Below, in pieces: positions 51,450-61,678 of a DNA stretch of 64,000 nucleotides. The notes under the pieces are model-generated. The model was given only the letters and a program-made list of their open reading frames with translations. It was not told where the DNA came from and did not search any database. The stretch's first letter is position 1; each line of letters starts with the position of its first letter. Source of the DNA: an uncultured bacterium (GTDB lineage: Bacteria; Cyanobacteriota; Cyanobacteriia; Thermostichales; Thermostichaceae). Location of the stretch: NCBI GenBank assembly GCA_964443615.1, contig CAYUEE010000002.1, positions 32,076 to 96,075 of the forward strand. Direction: 5' to 3'. The position numbers and the translations under genes were made by a program.

Positions 51450-52306
51450 GGATACACATCTCTAAGTCAACTGTCCTTGATTAGTGTATCCCTTTGTCTT
51501 GGTTTAACTGCACTCTTGGGTCTATCTCAGCTCAGGATCCTTATGTCCATCAGAGTCTTTGAAGATACGACTTCGTTCAGGCTTCTGAGGGTCAGCATTT
51601 TAAAGCATCAGCCATTGAAGGGAGTTATCCTTTCACGCTACTTCCTGATATCAAATCCATTAGGGTCGTTATGGTGCGGCCCACTCACCTAGCTCAAGAT
51701 CTCTAGAAGATCTCCATCCTCTCAGGATCCTGACTCTCTCCAGCAAGCAGACTTGAAACATGAGATAGTCCAGTTCAGTCCGATCCTCTTCCCATGCTTC
51801 TGTCACAGCCTAGAGATCCATCTGTATCTGTAGGGATCCTCTCGACACCTGCCACGAGTCAATCTGCACCAAGTGGGATCCTTTGTGTTGCTCGGAGCGA
51901 TCAGTGTGCAGCAGTAAGAATCCATCCTGCAGCTTAGAGCGATCGATTTGATATTGACGAACTCTCTAAAAAAATGCTGTACTCCAGCGGTCTAGTCGCC
52001 CAGAGTGGGAGATAGTTGAGCCCCTCTTGTGAAAAGCAGACTCGTCCTTAAGCTCGCCCCAATGTCTTGTCCTGGATATGCTCTAGACTTCAATTGTGAG
52101 AGGACAACGGCTTCCCAGCAGCGGTGCCATGATTTCTGACAGCGGCGCAAAGGGTTCTGATAGCGGTACAACAACTCCCGAGTATAGCTCCAAGGGATCC
52201 TTGTCTTTCATTTGAAATCATATTACTATTTTTACATTTACTTTACGGTTTCCTTTTAATCTCGGAAATCGGTTGTGACTTAGATGCCTTGAGGGTAACG
52301 TGGCCG

Positions 52307-53995
52307 ATGTCGACATTTCTGCTTATAGGATCCAGTCTAACGAGTTTAATTCTATTTTGTGCGGTCTCTGTCAATGCTCAGCCGGATCTGAACCGTCTCA
52401 AGCTGCTCTACTGGCAAGCGCCTACTATTCTCAACCCTCATCTGGCTACGGGGGTTAAAGATGCTGAAGCTGCCCGGATTGTCTACGAACCCCTAGCGAC
52501 TTTAATGGCTGACGGTCAGCTCATTCCGATCCTGGCAGCAGACATCCCCTCCCTTGACAACGGGCTACTCTCGGACGACTACAGATCCGTGATCTGGCCA
52601 CTCAAAACAGGTGTGCAATGGTCTGATGGTGAACCCTTTACGGCTGATGATGTTGTCTTTACCTATGAATACATTACGGATCCTACAGTGGGTGCCTTCA
52701 CTGCCGCAGCCTATGCCTCCATCGAGTCTGTGGAAGCCTTAGATGCTACAACAGTCAAAATTACATTTGCCCAGCCCACATCCAATTGGACGGATCCCTT
52801 TGTAGGGGGATTGGGTCTTATCTTACCTGCTCATCAGTTTCAAGACTCCCTGGACAAGGATCCTCAATCTGCTGCTGCAAACCTCAAGCCGGTTGGTACA
52901 GGCCCCTACGTGGTTACTGATTTCAAACCAGGCGATGTTGTTCTTTACGCAGCCAACCCATTCTTTCGTGAGGCGGATAAGCCCTATTTTCAAGAGGTGG
53001 AGCTCAAAGGAGGAGGAGAGCCTCTGACGGCTGCCCAAGCTGTGGTTCAAACTGGTGATGCGGATTATGCCTGGAATATTCAAGTAGAAGCAGCCCTGCT
53101 GGACACTCTAAACACCGAGCAAGGAACAATTCAATCGAATCTTAGTAGTCAGATCGAACGGATCCTCTTTAATTTTTCAGATCCTAATCTGGTCGTCGAT
53201 GGGGAACGATCACATCGCTCCACACAGCATCCCTTCTTCAGCGATCGCCGGGTTCGTCAAGCCTTCAATTTTGCCATTGACCGAGACACGATTGCGACTG
53301 AAATCTATGGCGGTGCCGCCACTACAGATCTGATTGCGTTTCCCCTGGAGCTACGCAGTATCACACCCCACTCATTTGATCTTGAGCAGGCCAGGATCCT
53401 CTTAGATGAGACGGGATGGGTTGATACTAATGGAGACGGTATTCGTGACCAGCAAGGAATTGAGATGACAGTTTTGTTTCAAACCTCGACAAACTCTTTG
53501 CGGCAGCAAGTTCAGCAGGTTATTAAACAGGATCTAGCTCAAATCGGTGTGAATGTTGAATTAAAAGCAGTTGAATCTAGTATCTTCTTCAGTGGAGATC
53601 CGGCGAATGCAGACAATGTGGGTCATTTCTACGCTGACCTCCAGATGTTTACGACCGGCAATCGTTCCCCAGATCCGACTAGCTATTTGAAACGCTACAC
53701 CTGTGCCGAAATAGCTCAACAAGCTAACAACTGGCTCAGTCCCAATTTTTCACGCTACTGTAATCCTGACGTAGACGCCCTATTCAACACACTAATGCAG
53801 ACCACGGATCCTGATGAGCGCCGTCGTCTGATCTTAGAGATCAATGATCATCTAGTTAGCAAAGACTTTGCCGTGATGCCCCTTGTCATTCGTTCACTCC
53901 CAGCTGCTGTGTCCAATGACTTACAAGGTCTTAACCCAACTCCATGGGATCTCGACCTCTGGAATATTCAAGACTGGCGGCGAGAGGATCCATAG
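52307..53995 (+). CDS. ABC transporter substrate-binding protein, family 5 (peptide/nickel type), orphan
   Basis: Signal peptide plus typical SBP_bac_5 segments (WSDGEPFTADDVVFTY, GTGPYVV). No permease or ATPase genes are adjacent. Confidence 0.9.
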   Translation: MSTFLLIGSSLTSLILFCAVSVNAQPDLNRLKLLYWQAPTILNPHLATGVKDAEAARIVYEPLATLMADGQLIPILAADIPSLDNGLLSDDYRSVIWPLKTGVQWSDGEPFTADDVVFTYEYITDPTVGAFTAAAYASIESVEALDATTVKITFAQPTSNWTDPFVGGLGLILPAHQFQDSLDKDPQSAAANLKPVGTGPYVVTDFKPGDVVLYAANPFFREADKPYFQEVELKGGGEPLTAAQAVVQTGDADYAWNIQVEAALLDTLNTEQGTIQSNLSSQIERILFNFSDPNLVVDGERSHRSTQHPFFSDRRVRQAFNFAIDRDTIATEIYGGAATTDLIAFPLELRSITPHSFDLEQARILLDETGWVDTNGDGIRDQQGIEMTVLFQTSTNSLRQQVQQVIKQDLAQIGVNVELKAVESSIFFSGDPANADNVGHFYADLQMFTTGNRSPDPTSYLKRYTCAEIAQQANNWLSPNFSRYCNPDVDALFNTLMQTTDPDERRRLILEINDHLVSKDFAVMPLVIRSLPAAVSNDLQGLNPTPWDLDLWNIQDWRREDP

Positions 53996-54171
53996 CTAGA
54001 CTTAGAATTGATACATTAATGTGGTAACCAGTCTACTCACTAGTGCTCGGTCAATTAGCTATGAGCCGATCCCCACTATCCTCTAGAGACGGAACTTTTA
54101 AATCACGCTTACGATTCACACTTAATCCTACAGTTGGATACTTTACCACTTTGTTTGGGGGATTTGTCGTT

Positions 54172-54942
54172 ATGCCGCGATCGGCTAAGGTCCATCCTGA
54201 TCAATTGAACTACGTGAAATTAGCCTACACACGCAAAGGCTACTTCACCCAGAAAGCGCTGGCCCAGAAGCTAAATTTAGCCCAGTCGACTGTCAATAAT
54301 TTTTTCAGAGGCCTCAATGTGTCCATCTCTACCATTGAGACACTTTGCAAGGCCCTCGATCTTGATACTCGGGTAGTGATTCAATTTGAGCCAGATGCCC
54401 AATTCACCTTTAATCGTTTGTTTCAGCAAGCTCACCGATCTGACCATCGGATTCGATTAGAACGGCTGGCCCCTGAACAGGATCGTCCTAAAGGCTTGGG
54501 ACTACCCCCATCACAAGAACCAGAGAGTCCTCCGGTTTTTCAACTCAATGATTGGGTCACAGTTTCCATCTGGTGTCAGGATCCGTACCATCTTCTCCTA
54601 CTCAACCAAGATGCGGCTGGAGATATCTACTGTCTGTGTCCTTCCCTTTTCGTCCGCGATACTCAGCTCCAACCGGGTTGGAATCGGCTCCCCACGGCGT
54701 TTCATCCCTTTAATGCATTTCAACTCAAAGGATCCTATGGCGTCGAACGACTGCTGGCCATTTTATCGACTGAGCCCTTACCCATTTCCTGGATTCATCC
54801 TCTGCCTCTACCACTCACCCCCCAAATGCCCGCCCATCTAGTGACTCCTGAGGAGCTTGAGGACTTGGCTCAATATCTTCATTATCCACGTGATCCTCGC
54901 CCCTCGACGTTACTGGCGACCTCCTTCCGAGTCACAGCGTGA
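54172..54942 (+). CDS. XRE-type HTH protein with a C-terminal DUF4384-like domain
   Basis: HTH segment TQKALAQKLNLAQSTVNNFFRG. The C-terminal NDWVTVSIWCQDPYHLLLLNQDAAGDIYCLCPS resembles DUF4384. ATG at 54172 is preferred to the upstream GTG. Confidence 0.72.
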   Translation: MPRSAKVHPDQLNYVKLAYTRKGYFTQKALAQKLNLAQSTVNNFFRGLNVSISTIETLCKALDLDTRVVIQFEPDAQFTFNRLFQQAHRSDHRIRLERLAPEQDRPKGLGLPPSQEPESPPVFQLNDWVTVSIWCQDPYHLLLLNQDAAGDIYCLCPSLFVRDTQLQPGWNRLPTAFHPFNAFQLKGSYGVERLLAILSTEPLPISWIHPLPLPLTPQMPAHLVTPEELEDLAQYLHYPRDPRPSTLLATSFRVTA

Positions 54943-55028
54943 ATTCGGCTGCTCTGTTTACTGGAGCACTGGCGCAATCCGCACCCGAAGGCGATACTCT
55001 GCGAAGACCTCTATCCAATCAAGGCGCT

Positions 55029-55826
55029 ATGACTAAGACTGTAATGATAACAGGATCCTCCTCGGGCATTGGGCTAGCGACGGCGCATCTGTTTCAACAG
55101 AAGGGATGGAATGTGGCCGCAACAATGCGAAACCCGGATCCTCAGTCCCCTCTAGCACACTTGGAGCGGGTAATGTGCCCCCAACTGGATGTGCTGGATC
55201 CAGTGTCGATCCAGCAGGCGGTGGCCTTGACGCTAGAACAGTTCGGGTCGATTGATGTGGTGGTCAATAATGCGGGGTATGCAGTAGCAGGACCATTGGA
55301 GGCTGCGACTCCCGAGCAAATTCAGAAACAGATGGATACGAACGTGGTGGGCTTGATGCTGATGACACAGGCGGTGTTGCCCCACTTTCGTGAGCGTCAG
55401 GAAGGGATCCTAATCAATATGGCGTCGATGGGTGGCCGATTAACCTTTCCCCTGTTAAGCCTATATCACGCGACAAAATGGGCTGTAGAAGGGTTCTCCG
55501 AATCGTTGCAGTTCGAATTACAGCCGTTCAATATCAAAGTTAAAGTGGTCGAGCCTGGAGCCATTAATACTGATTTTTACAGTCGCTCGTTGCAAGCGGT
55601 GGCCGCCCCTGCCTATCAAACCTATATTGATAAAGTTCTGCCTGTGTTTCGCTCAGCGGGGGAAAAAGGTGGATCAGCTGAAGGAGTCGCTCAAACGGTA
55701 TGGCAGGCCGCAACCGATGAATCCTGGACGCTGCGATATCCCTCTCAAACCAAAGGGTTATTAATGGTGCGGAAACTTCTACCAGACCAGATGTTCACTG
55801 GGATTATTGGTAAGGCTTTTGGTTAG
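55029..55826 (+). CDS. SDR-family oxidoreductase
   Basis: MTKTVMITGSSSGIGLA (TGxxxGIG), NNAG, and YHATKWAVEG (YxxxK). Confidence 0.92.
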   Translation: MTKTVMITGSSSGIGLATAHLFQQKGWNVAATMRNPDPQSPLAHLERVMCPQLDVLDPVSIQQAVALTLEQFGSIDVVVNNAGYAVAGPLEAATPEQIQKQMDTNVVGLMLMTQAVLPHFRERQEGILINMASMGGRLTFPLLSLYHATKWAVEGFSESLQFELQPFNIKVKVVEPGAINTDFYSRSLQAVAAPAYQTYIDKVLPVFRSAGEKGGSAEGVAQTVWQAATDESWTLRYPSQTKGLLMVRKLLPDQMFTGIIGKAFG

Positions 55827-56028
55827 GGCGGATCCTGGAACACTATTCAGCAGAATTTGCCTTGGCCCCTTGGTCATCACATTAAATCGTTCTGTCCATC
55901 CTCTAGGTTATGGTGGAGGCAGATTGCAGGTATCGTCTGTTCAACTAGGCATGAGAGCCTCAAGGGGAGAGCGCCCTGATTTGGACAGACCAGGATCCTG
56001 ACATAGCTAGCCCATCTCGGATTTGTGT

Positions 56029-57285
56029 ATGACTTCCAACCCATCCACTGACGACAGCAATCTGTTTTTACGGCCTGTGCAACTGGGAGATCTAGACGCT
56101 GTTGAGGCGATTTTTGTTGAAGCGTTTACTGATGAATACGGGAGTCGATCGGTTGATATCGGGAGTCAGATTCGCCGGTTACGCCGATGGTATGGTCCGG
56201 TAAAGGTCCTTAGTATTTTTCCGAACCGCTTTCAGCATGTGTTCACTGTGCATGTAGCTGAACAGGAGAATGAGGTTAAGGGAGTTATCCAAGTGTCGCC
56301 CTTCAATCATGCCCACAGCACTTGGCGCGTTGACCATATTGCGGTGTCCTCCCAGGCTCAACGGCAAGGGATCGGATCTCGGCTATTACGTCATTGCATG
56401 AATCATTTCCGGGAAGCGCATATGTGGATTCTGGAAGTCAATATTCATAACCGGGGGGCGATCGGCCTCTATCGTCATAACGGCTTTCAACCCTTAGCGC
56501 AGATTACCTACTGGTCCCTTTCTCCTGAGATCTTGGCTGACTTAGCCCAGAAGGATCCGTCCCTCTCCACAGTTGAACAGGTAACCCAACCTTATCTCCG
56601 TCCCGTCAGTAACCGGGATGCGCAATTGATCTATCAGCTTGATACCGCCTCAATGCCCCCGCTGGTCCGTCAGGTGTATGACCGCCATGTCAATGACTTC
56701 AAAATGGGACTAGTCGATTGGAGTATCGATGCGGCGAAACAATCGATTAGTAAGACGGAACGGATCCGTTACTACGTCTATGAACCGGAGCGCAAGGCCG
56801 CCATTGGATATTTCAATTTGAAACTATCCCACACACCGGATGTTCCCCACGTGGCCCAGTTAACGGTTCACCCTGCCTACACTGAGCTCTATCCCGAATT
56901 GTTAGCGCAGATGGCTCGTCTAACTCAAAAGAACCCTGCCCAACCCTTAGCGCTGGCTTCCACAGATTATCAACCGGAGCGAGAGGAATTCCTTTTGAAA
57001 TTAGGGGCTGATGATCGGGAGCGGACCCTGTTAATGTCCCGGTCAGTGTGGCATAAAGTGCGTGAAACTCGGGTAAGTCTTGACAGCCTCAGGATCCAAA
57101 GTGTCTTACGAGGGCTCCAGGTTAAGCAACCCCTTCCGGAGCGAATTGACTTAGCGTCATCCGATCCGTTTGAACTTTACCCAGCTGACGGGCTCTTTGG
57201 TGCCTACTTACCCATCGGATCCCTGGCGGAGTGGCAAGAGGAACGATTGTGGCCCCATCATCAATGGCTAACGTGGGATCTCTAG
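56029..57285 (+). CDS. GNAT-family acetyltransferase with an extended C-terminal (second GNAT-like) region
   Basis: N-terminal GNAT with QRQGIGSRLLRHC. The following ~250 aa are of unclear family. Confidence 0.78.
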   Translation: MTSNPSTDDSNLFLRPVQLGDLDAVEAIFVEAFTDEYGSRSVDIGSQIRRLRRWYGPVKVLSIFPNRFQHVFTVHVAEQENEVKGVIQVSPFNHAHSTWRVDHIAVSSQAQRQGIGSRLLRHCMNHFREAHMWILEVNIHNRGAIGLYRHNGFQPLAQITYWSLSPEILADLAQKDPSLSTVEQVTQPYLRPVSNRDAQLIYQLDTASMPPLVRQVYDRHVNDFKMGLVDWSIDAAKQSISKTERIRYYVYEPERKAAIGYFNLKLSHTPDVPHVAQLTVHPAYTELYPELLAQMARLTQKNPAQPLALASTDYQPEREEFLLKLGADDRERTLLMSRSVWHKVRETRVSLDSLRIQSVLRGLQVKQPLPERIDLASSDPFELYPADGLFGAYLPIGSLAEWQEERLWPHHQWLTWDL

Positions 57286-57303
57286 TCGTGATGAAATGTT
57301 GAA

Positions 57304-57334
57304 AGGATCCTGCTGAACTGAACACCAGGATCCT
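57304..57334. terminator. Hairpin between convergent genes, built from two GGATCC copies
   Basis: AGGATCCTG, a 13-nt loop, then CAGGATCCT (9-bp stem). No clear U tract on either side, so terminator function is tentative. Confidence 0.3.
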
Positions 57335-57363
57335 GGTCATGGGACCGAATTAGGTGAGAGCTT

Positions 57364-58017
57364 CTAACGATTACACTGACGACGGGTTAGGTCCGCCAGA
57401 TAATCAATCCGCTCTGCCTCTGACTCCAACGATTCGGTTAGTCTTGTCAGCTGTACGGGAACCTTTTCGGCTCGAGCGTTCGTGTAGTAACCAGAAGCGT
57501 CCTGATAGCCCTGATCTGACGGAACAAACTCTAATAAGGTATGGCCTACAACTGTCCGGCTAGCGAATGTAGCCTCATACGTAAACACAAATTGATGTAT
57601 CCCAGGATCCCAACTATCCTCCAAACTATAGAAAAATACGGAAGACGATCCACTATGGTAGGAAATACCCTCAATGTTAACCGACTGCGTCTCAGCGTCG
57701 TATTGAAAATCTAATAGGCTATAACATCCAGGTGAGTTACGTAATTTCTCTTCTAGCCACAAGCCGTCCAACTGAGCCAAGGATCCTGAACCCATCCCAT
57801 CACTCTCTGGGATAACCTCTAGCGGATTCTGATTCACACTCAAGGCAGGCACAGTCGCTAGATTAGGTGAATGGTTGACGGTGATCTCGATCGGCCTGGA
57901 GTCCTGTGAACGCTCCGTCGTTTCAACCATAGTCTCAACCGCAGCATTCAAGCCGACCATCACAATAGACGCAGTTAGGATCCATTTCCAAAACGATACT
58001 TTAGACTCATGGGACAT
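57364..58017 (-). CDS. Hypothetical membrane-anchored or secreted protein
   Basis: GAGGAG SD 7 nt before ATG at 58017. An N-terminal TM anchor (WKWILTASIVMVGLNAAV) is present. No family recognised. Confidence 0.6.
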   Translation of the reverse strand: MSHESKVSFWKWILTASIVMVGLNAAVETMVETTERSQDSRPIEITVNHSPNLATVPALSVNQNPLEVIPESDGMGSGSLAQLDGLWLEEKLRNSPGCYSLLDFQYDAETQSVNIEGISYHSGSSSVFFYSLEDSWDPGIHQFVFTYEATFASRTVVGHTLLEFVPSDQGYQDASGYYTNARAEKVPVQLTRLTESLESEAERIDYLADLTRRQCNR

Positions 58018-58353
58018 CACATACTCCTCGTCGATCGAAGTTAAGGTTAAGAAACGGTTAATAGGTGTTAACTTTATCGGATGTCCATACCGTTGCCACT
58101 GACGTTTTCCGTAGGATCCTGGTCCTGTGTAATGGGGTGGGGAGATTCAGGGGAAATCGGGTTGAGAGCAAGACCAGCCCTACGTCGGCGGCGAACTCGA
58201 AGTTAGGCTTGGATAGGGCCTAATCCTGATCCCCACAAGTCTTAGGGAATCCGGGTCTTGCTCTAGGTAGCTACGGGCGGGGATCGGCGCGCAGCTACGG
58301 GGTGGGATCGTCTAGCCGCAGGTTGCCATCCTGGGGGTAAAGGATCCCAAGCT

Positions 58354-58899
58354 TTAGACCAACTTCTTCGACTTCAGTCGACCCACCGTCGAGTTCCAGG
58401 CCCCGGTCGGATCTGACTTACTGGCAAAAATACGCTGGGCTGCCGTAGTCTGGTCTTCGCCATTCGTAAGGGCGGCTAGGACTTCGCGCTCTTTCGGACT
58501 AATCGGTAACGGCAGTTGTTTCGGATTAGGCAAGTCCTCAAGAGGATTGTCACTGTCTGAGGGGATCCCTGGCATCAGAGCATGTACATTCACTGTTTGT
58601 AATTGAGGCAATGGCTTGACCGAGACACTCGGCAAATCGATGACATCCACCTGTACACCGCCTTGGGCTGCCGCTTGGGCATGGGCTCCACTAATGGCTT
58701 GTGAAATGTGTTGTGCGGTGGTGATGTTATCGCTGGCCACCTGTTGGGTCAAGTTCGCTTTTAAAGAGCCCAGATTCTGCTGTAGGCGGGAGGCATAGAC
58801 CTCAGCCCATAATTGGCTGGCAGCATCCGCTTGGGCTTGAGCATCGGCGACAAGGGCGTTGATTTGGAGCTGGTGGGGATCAGGTTGGGGTCTCATCAT
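58354..58899 (-). CDS. Hypothetical protein (Ala/Gln-rich N-terminal region; weak LuxR-like HTH resemblance at the C-terminus)
   Basis: 181 aa. The C-terminal SPKEREVLAALTNGEDQTTAAQRI... loosely resembles LuxR-type HTH openings. Support is weak. Confidence 0.5.
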   Translation of the reverse strand: MMRPQPDPHQLQINALVADAQAQADAASQLWAEVYASRLQQNLGSLKANLTQQVASDNITTAQHISQAISGAHAQAAAQGGVQVDVIDLPSVSVKPLPQLQTVNVHALMPGIPSDSDNPLEDLPNPKQLPLPISPKEREVLAALTNGEDQTTAAQRIFASKSDPTGAWNSTVGRLKSKKLV

Positions 58900-59280
58900 T
58901 CGTCCTGTGCATTTGGAGTGGATAGTGGATTGAGGTGTCGCTAAGCTCCAACAATAGAGTCACTGTGTTTAGCGAGCTTTCATAAATTTAGTAAGCCCAG
59001 CCCGAAATGTCAAGCTGCTTATCTCCAAGTTAGGAATGACTCACTAAATCGGCGTAGCACCAGAAAACTCAACTTGACTGGAGAAACTCTCAGGATCTAT
59101 CGTTAGCTAATTAGAGTAGTGAGCTTATTAAGCCTTCAACTTTACAGAGAAAACATAGGATGCAGTTCAGTAGACCTGCTGATTCAGGAGATTTCATCTG
59201 AGGTCATAATAATAGAGTCCTAAAAATTGCTTGATAAGTTTATCTAATGCTGACTCGCTTTGTTGAATGAGAGGTGAAGG

Positions 59281-59484
59281 ATGACCATCAGAGAAATTGT
59301 CAATCAGGTTTTGGGTCACAGAATTTTTACGTTGAGTGACTTAACCACACTTCAGTCATTACTTGATCGGGGTAAGAAGGATCCGATTGCTCTTGATCAG
59401 CTATGTCAGGCTCTAGAAGCTGAGAGAGTTCTAATCCAATGTGAAGGGTCTCCATCCTTGCGGCCCATCCTATCAGTTGGGTGA
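59281..59484 (+). CDS. Hypothetical small protein, paralogue 1 (67 aa)
   Basis: Strong SD (GAGAGGTGAAGG) directly upstream. It shares the pattern I..IV..V...G.(L/F)T......I..LL...........L..L..A with the ORF at 59683. Confidence 0.55.
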   Translation: MTIREIVNQVLGHRIFTLSDLTTLQSLLDRGKKDPIALDQLCQALEAERVLIQCEGSPSLRPILSVG

Positions 59485-59682
59485 TGGCGAATCCGTCAGG
59501 ATCCACTCCTCAGTTGAGATAGATATGCCTTCAACGCAGTCTCAAGCTTTAGTGAAAATCCGTGAAAGTGCGGAGGAGAGGTATAGCGTGGTTCCGTAAA
59601 CCCTCTCTTTTCAGAGGTTGGGTGGATCCACCATCGTTGAGATAGGCGCGAGAGCTCATCTATTGGGCAAGTAGGAGATGTG

Positions 59683-59868
59683 ATGTCTATTCAAACCATT
59701 GTGATGGAAGTGATTGAGCGGGGGGTCTTGACCTACCAGCAGGAGAATCGGATCCGTTTGTTGATGGGACAGCAGCCTACGGATGATGATTTCTCTGCCT
59801 TAGCTCGGCTGAATGAGGCCTTATTGATCGGATATGTGCGCTCCTGTCGAGAGATGATGGCCAGTTAG
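59683..59868 (+). CDS. Hypothetical small protein, paralogue 2 (61 aa)
   Basis: AGGAG lies 5 nt before ATG at 59683. It aligns with the 59281 ORF. It ends 27 nt before the SWIM ORF's GTG at 59895. Confidence 0.55.
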   Translation: MSIQTIVMEVIERGVLTYQQENRIRLLMGQQPTDDDFSALARLNEALLIGYVRSCREMMAS

Positions 59869-59894
59869 GATCCCGTTGTAAGTTAAGCTGGCCA

Positions 59895-61319
59895 GTGAAT
59901 GGCAGTGTTGCAAAGGACATGACCTCACAGATTGATCCGTCACACTCAACTGGGGAGGCGCATCCGTCCTGGACCTATGAGCAGGTTCTCGGCTTTGCGC
60001 CGGATGCGAGTTCAGCCAAGTATGCCAAGAAGTTGGGGGCGCTGCATCATTGGCGCACCCTCGGGTATCACGGATCTATGCTCTGGGGCGAGTGTCTGGG
60101 TAGCGCGGTCTATCAATCGCAGGTTGACTTGTCAGAGCCTGCTTTTCGATGTTCTTGCCCTAGCCGCAAGTTTCCGTGCAAGCACGGCCTCGGTCTTTTG
60201 CTGTTGTATGTGACTCACCCTCATGAGTTTGCGGTTAAGGATCCGCCAGCGTGGGTGGAAGAATGGGCCGCAGCACGGGCTAAACGAGCGGAGAAAGACC
60301 AGAGTAAACTGACAGCTGTAGAGGAACGCGCACCTGCGGATACAGCGGCATCAGTAGCAAAGGCAAAGGCGAAAGCAAAGCGAGACACTCTGATTGCGGG
60401 TGGTTTGCAAGATCTCGACCAATGGTTGCAGGATCGGGTTCGCCAGGGGTTAGCAGGACTTCCCGCTGAATCGTATGACCTGTGGGATCGGATGGCTGCG
60501 CGGATGGTGGATGCAAAGGCGGGGGGCTTGGCACGACAATTGCGAGCCTTAGCTGGAGTGCCTAACTCCGGTCAGGATTGGACAGACAGGATCCTATCCC
60601 ACCTCAGCCAGCTGCATCTGTTAGCAGAAGGTTACCAGCATCGAGAGCAGTTAGACCCAGGAACCCAGGCTGATATGAGAGCCGTGATTGGGTGGACCTT
60701 GAAGCAGAGTGATGTCCTTGACGGATCCCTTCCTAATTGCGAGCGGGTACTGGACATCTGGGCAGTGCTAGGTCAAGTTGAAGAACTCAATGAAGATGAC
60801 AATGTGTGGGTGCAGCGGACCTGGTTATGGGGGCTAGGGTCCAATCGGATGGCACTGCATTTGCAATTTTCCTTCGGATCCCGCTCCTTTGAGACGATCC
60901 TGACTCCGGGAACACAATTTGAAGCGCAGTTGGTTTACTACCCCAGTGCCTACCCGTTGAGAGCCGCCCTGCAAGGTAACCTTAGCGAGGTTGTGCCACT
61001 AACGGCCTATCCTGGTGCTGCTTCCCTCGCCAACGCATGGCAGGAGATCAGTGCTGCCCTAGCCCGTAACCCCTGGATCCTGCAGTTCCCAGTGCCGTTA
61101 AGGGAGGCTATCCCTGTTTTCCATCAGTCCCAATGGGTCCTGCAAGATTGCGATGGTCGGATCCTACCCTTGCGACCTCGGGATCAGGGGTATTGGTTAC
61201 TGATGGCCTTGAGCGGTGGTCATCCGATTGCGGTCTTTGGGGAGTGGAATGGATCCTGGTTTGAAGTGTTGAGTGCTTGTGTCGAGGGTCAGTTTCAAGG
61301 GCTCAGTTGCGTAGAGTAG
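59895..61319 (+). CDS. SWIM zinc-finger domain protein
   Basis: FRCSCPSRKFPCKHGLGLLLLY contains the CxC-x(n)-CxH SWIM signature. About 470 aa. The start is GTG at 59895 or ATG at 59919. Confidence 0.85.
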   Translation: MNGSVAKDMTSQIDPSHSTGEAHPSWTYEQVLGFAPDASSAKYAKKLGALHHWRTLGYHGSMLWGECLGSAVYQSQVDLSEPAFRCSCPSRKFPCKHGLGLLLLYVTHPHEFAVKDPPAWVEEWAAARAKRAEKDQSKLTAVEERAPADTAASVAKAKAKAKRDTLIAGGLQDLDQWLQDRVRQGLAGLPAESYDLWDRMAARMVDAKAGGLARQLRALAGVPNSGQDWTDRILSHLSQLHLLAEGYQHREQLDPGTQADMRAVIGWTLKQSDVLDGSLPNCERVLDIWAVLGQVEELNEDDNVWVQRTWLWGLGSNRMALHLQFSFGSRSFETILTPGTQFEAQLVYYPSAYPLRAALQGNLSEVVPLTAYPGAASLANAWQEISAALARNPWILQFPVPLREAIPVFHQSQWVLQDCDGRILPLRPRDQGYWLLMALSGGHPIAVFGEWNGSWFEVLSACVEGQFQGLSCVE

Positions 61320-61678
61320 CCGTATCTTTTCTCAGCTAGTTTTGCAAGAGACCTGTCTTTAAGTACCCAGGCAGAATGGTTTGTGTATTTAGGAGCGTAG
61401 GATCTCCAGTTGGATTGGAGACAGCATCAAATAGATTCTGTACAAGTATGGTTGATTTGCTTTAGTGTGGTACATCAACTCCAGACCAGATAATGGTTTC
61501 AGCTTACTGATCGTCTCATTTTTAGTTGAGTCAATCATACCTACGGGGGAGAGTAAAAATATATGCTTTCAAATATAGGCCTACTTGAGCTGACTAGAGC
61601 ATGGTTCCTTACGTCAGCAGGTTTACATTAGCCATAGTTAAGTGTAAAATTACAAGGCCCATTACCTATTTGTACTTT

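Noticed and set aside
51700-52174. Possible IS5-family transposase remnant on the minus strand. The ORF at 51992-52174 reads ...LYRYQNPLRRCQKSWHRCWEAV..., and a downstream frame reads ...VQIDSWQVSRGS..., faintly like the W..W.R and IDSQSVK transposase motifs
   Set aside because: The resemblances are short, lie in different frames, and have inconsistent spacing. No inverted repeats or DDE residues could be identified by eye. This needs BLASTX before any claim.
58094-58100. GCCACTG, identical to the B12-box core of cobalamin riboswitches
   Set aside because: The surrounding sequence lacks the other conserved cobalamin-riboswitch elements (GGGAA and conserved paired regions). The orientation relative to the downstream gene is also wrong. 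It is likely a chance heptamer.
59520-59600. Rho-independent terminator between the two small paralogous ORFs (GGAGAGG...CCTCTCTTTT)
   Set aside because: The stem is only 6 bp with a loop of about 20 nt, which is thermodynamically unconvincing without folding calculations.
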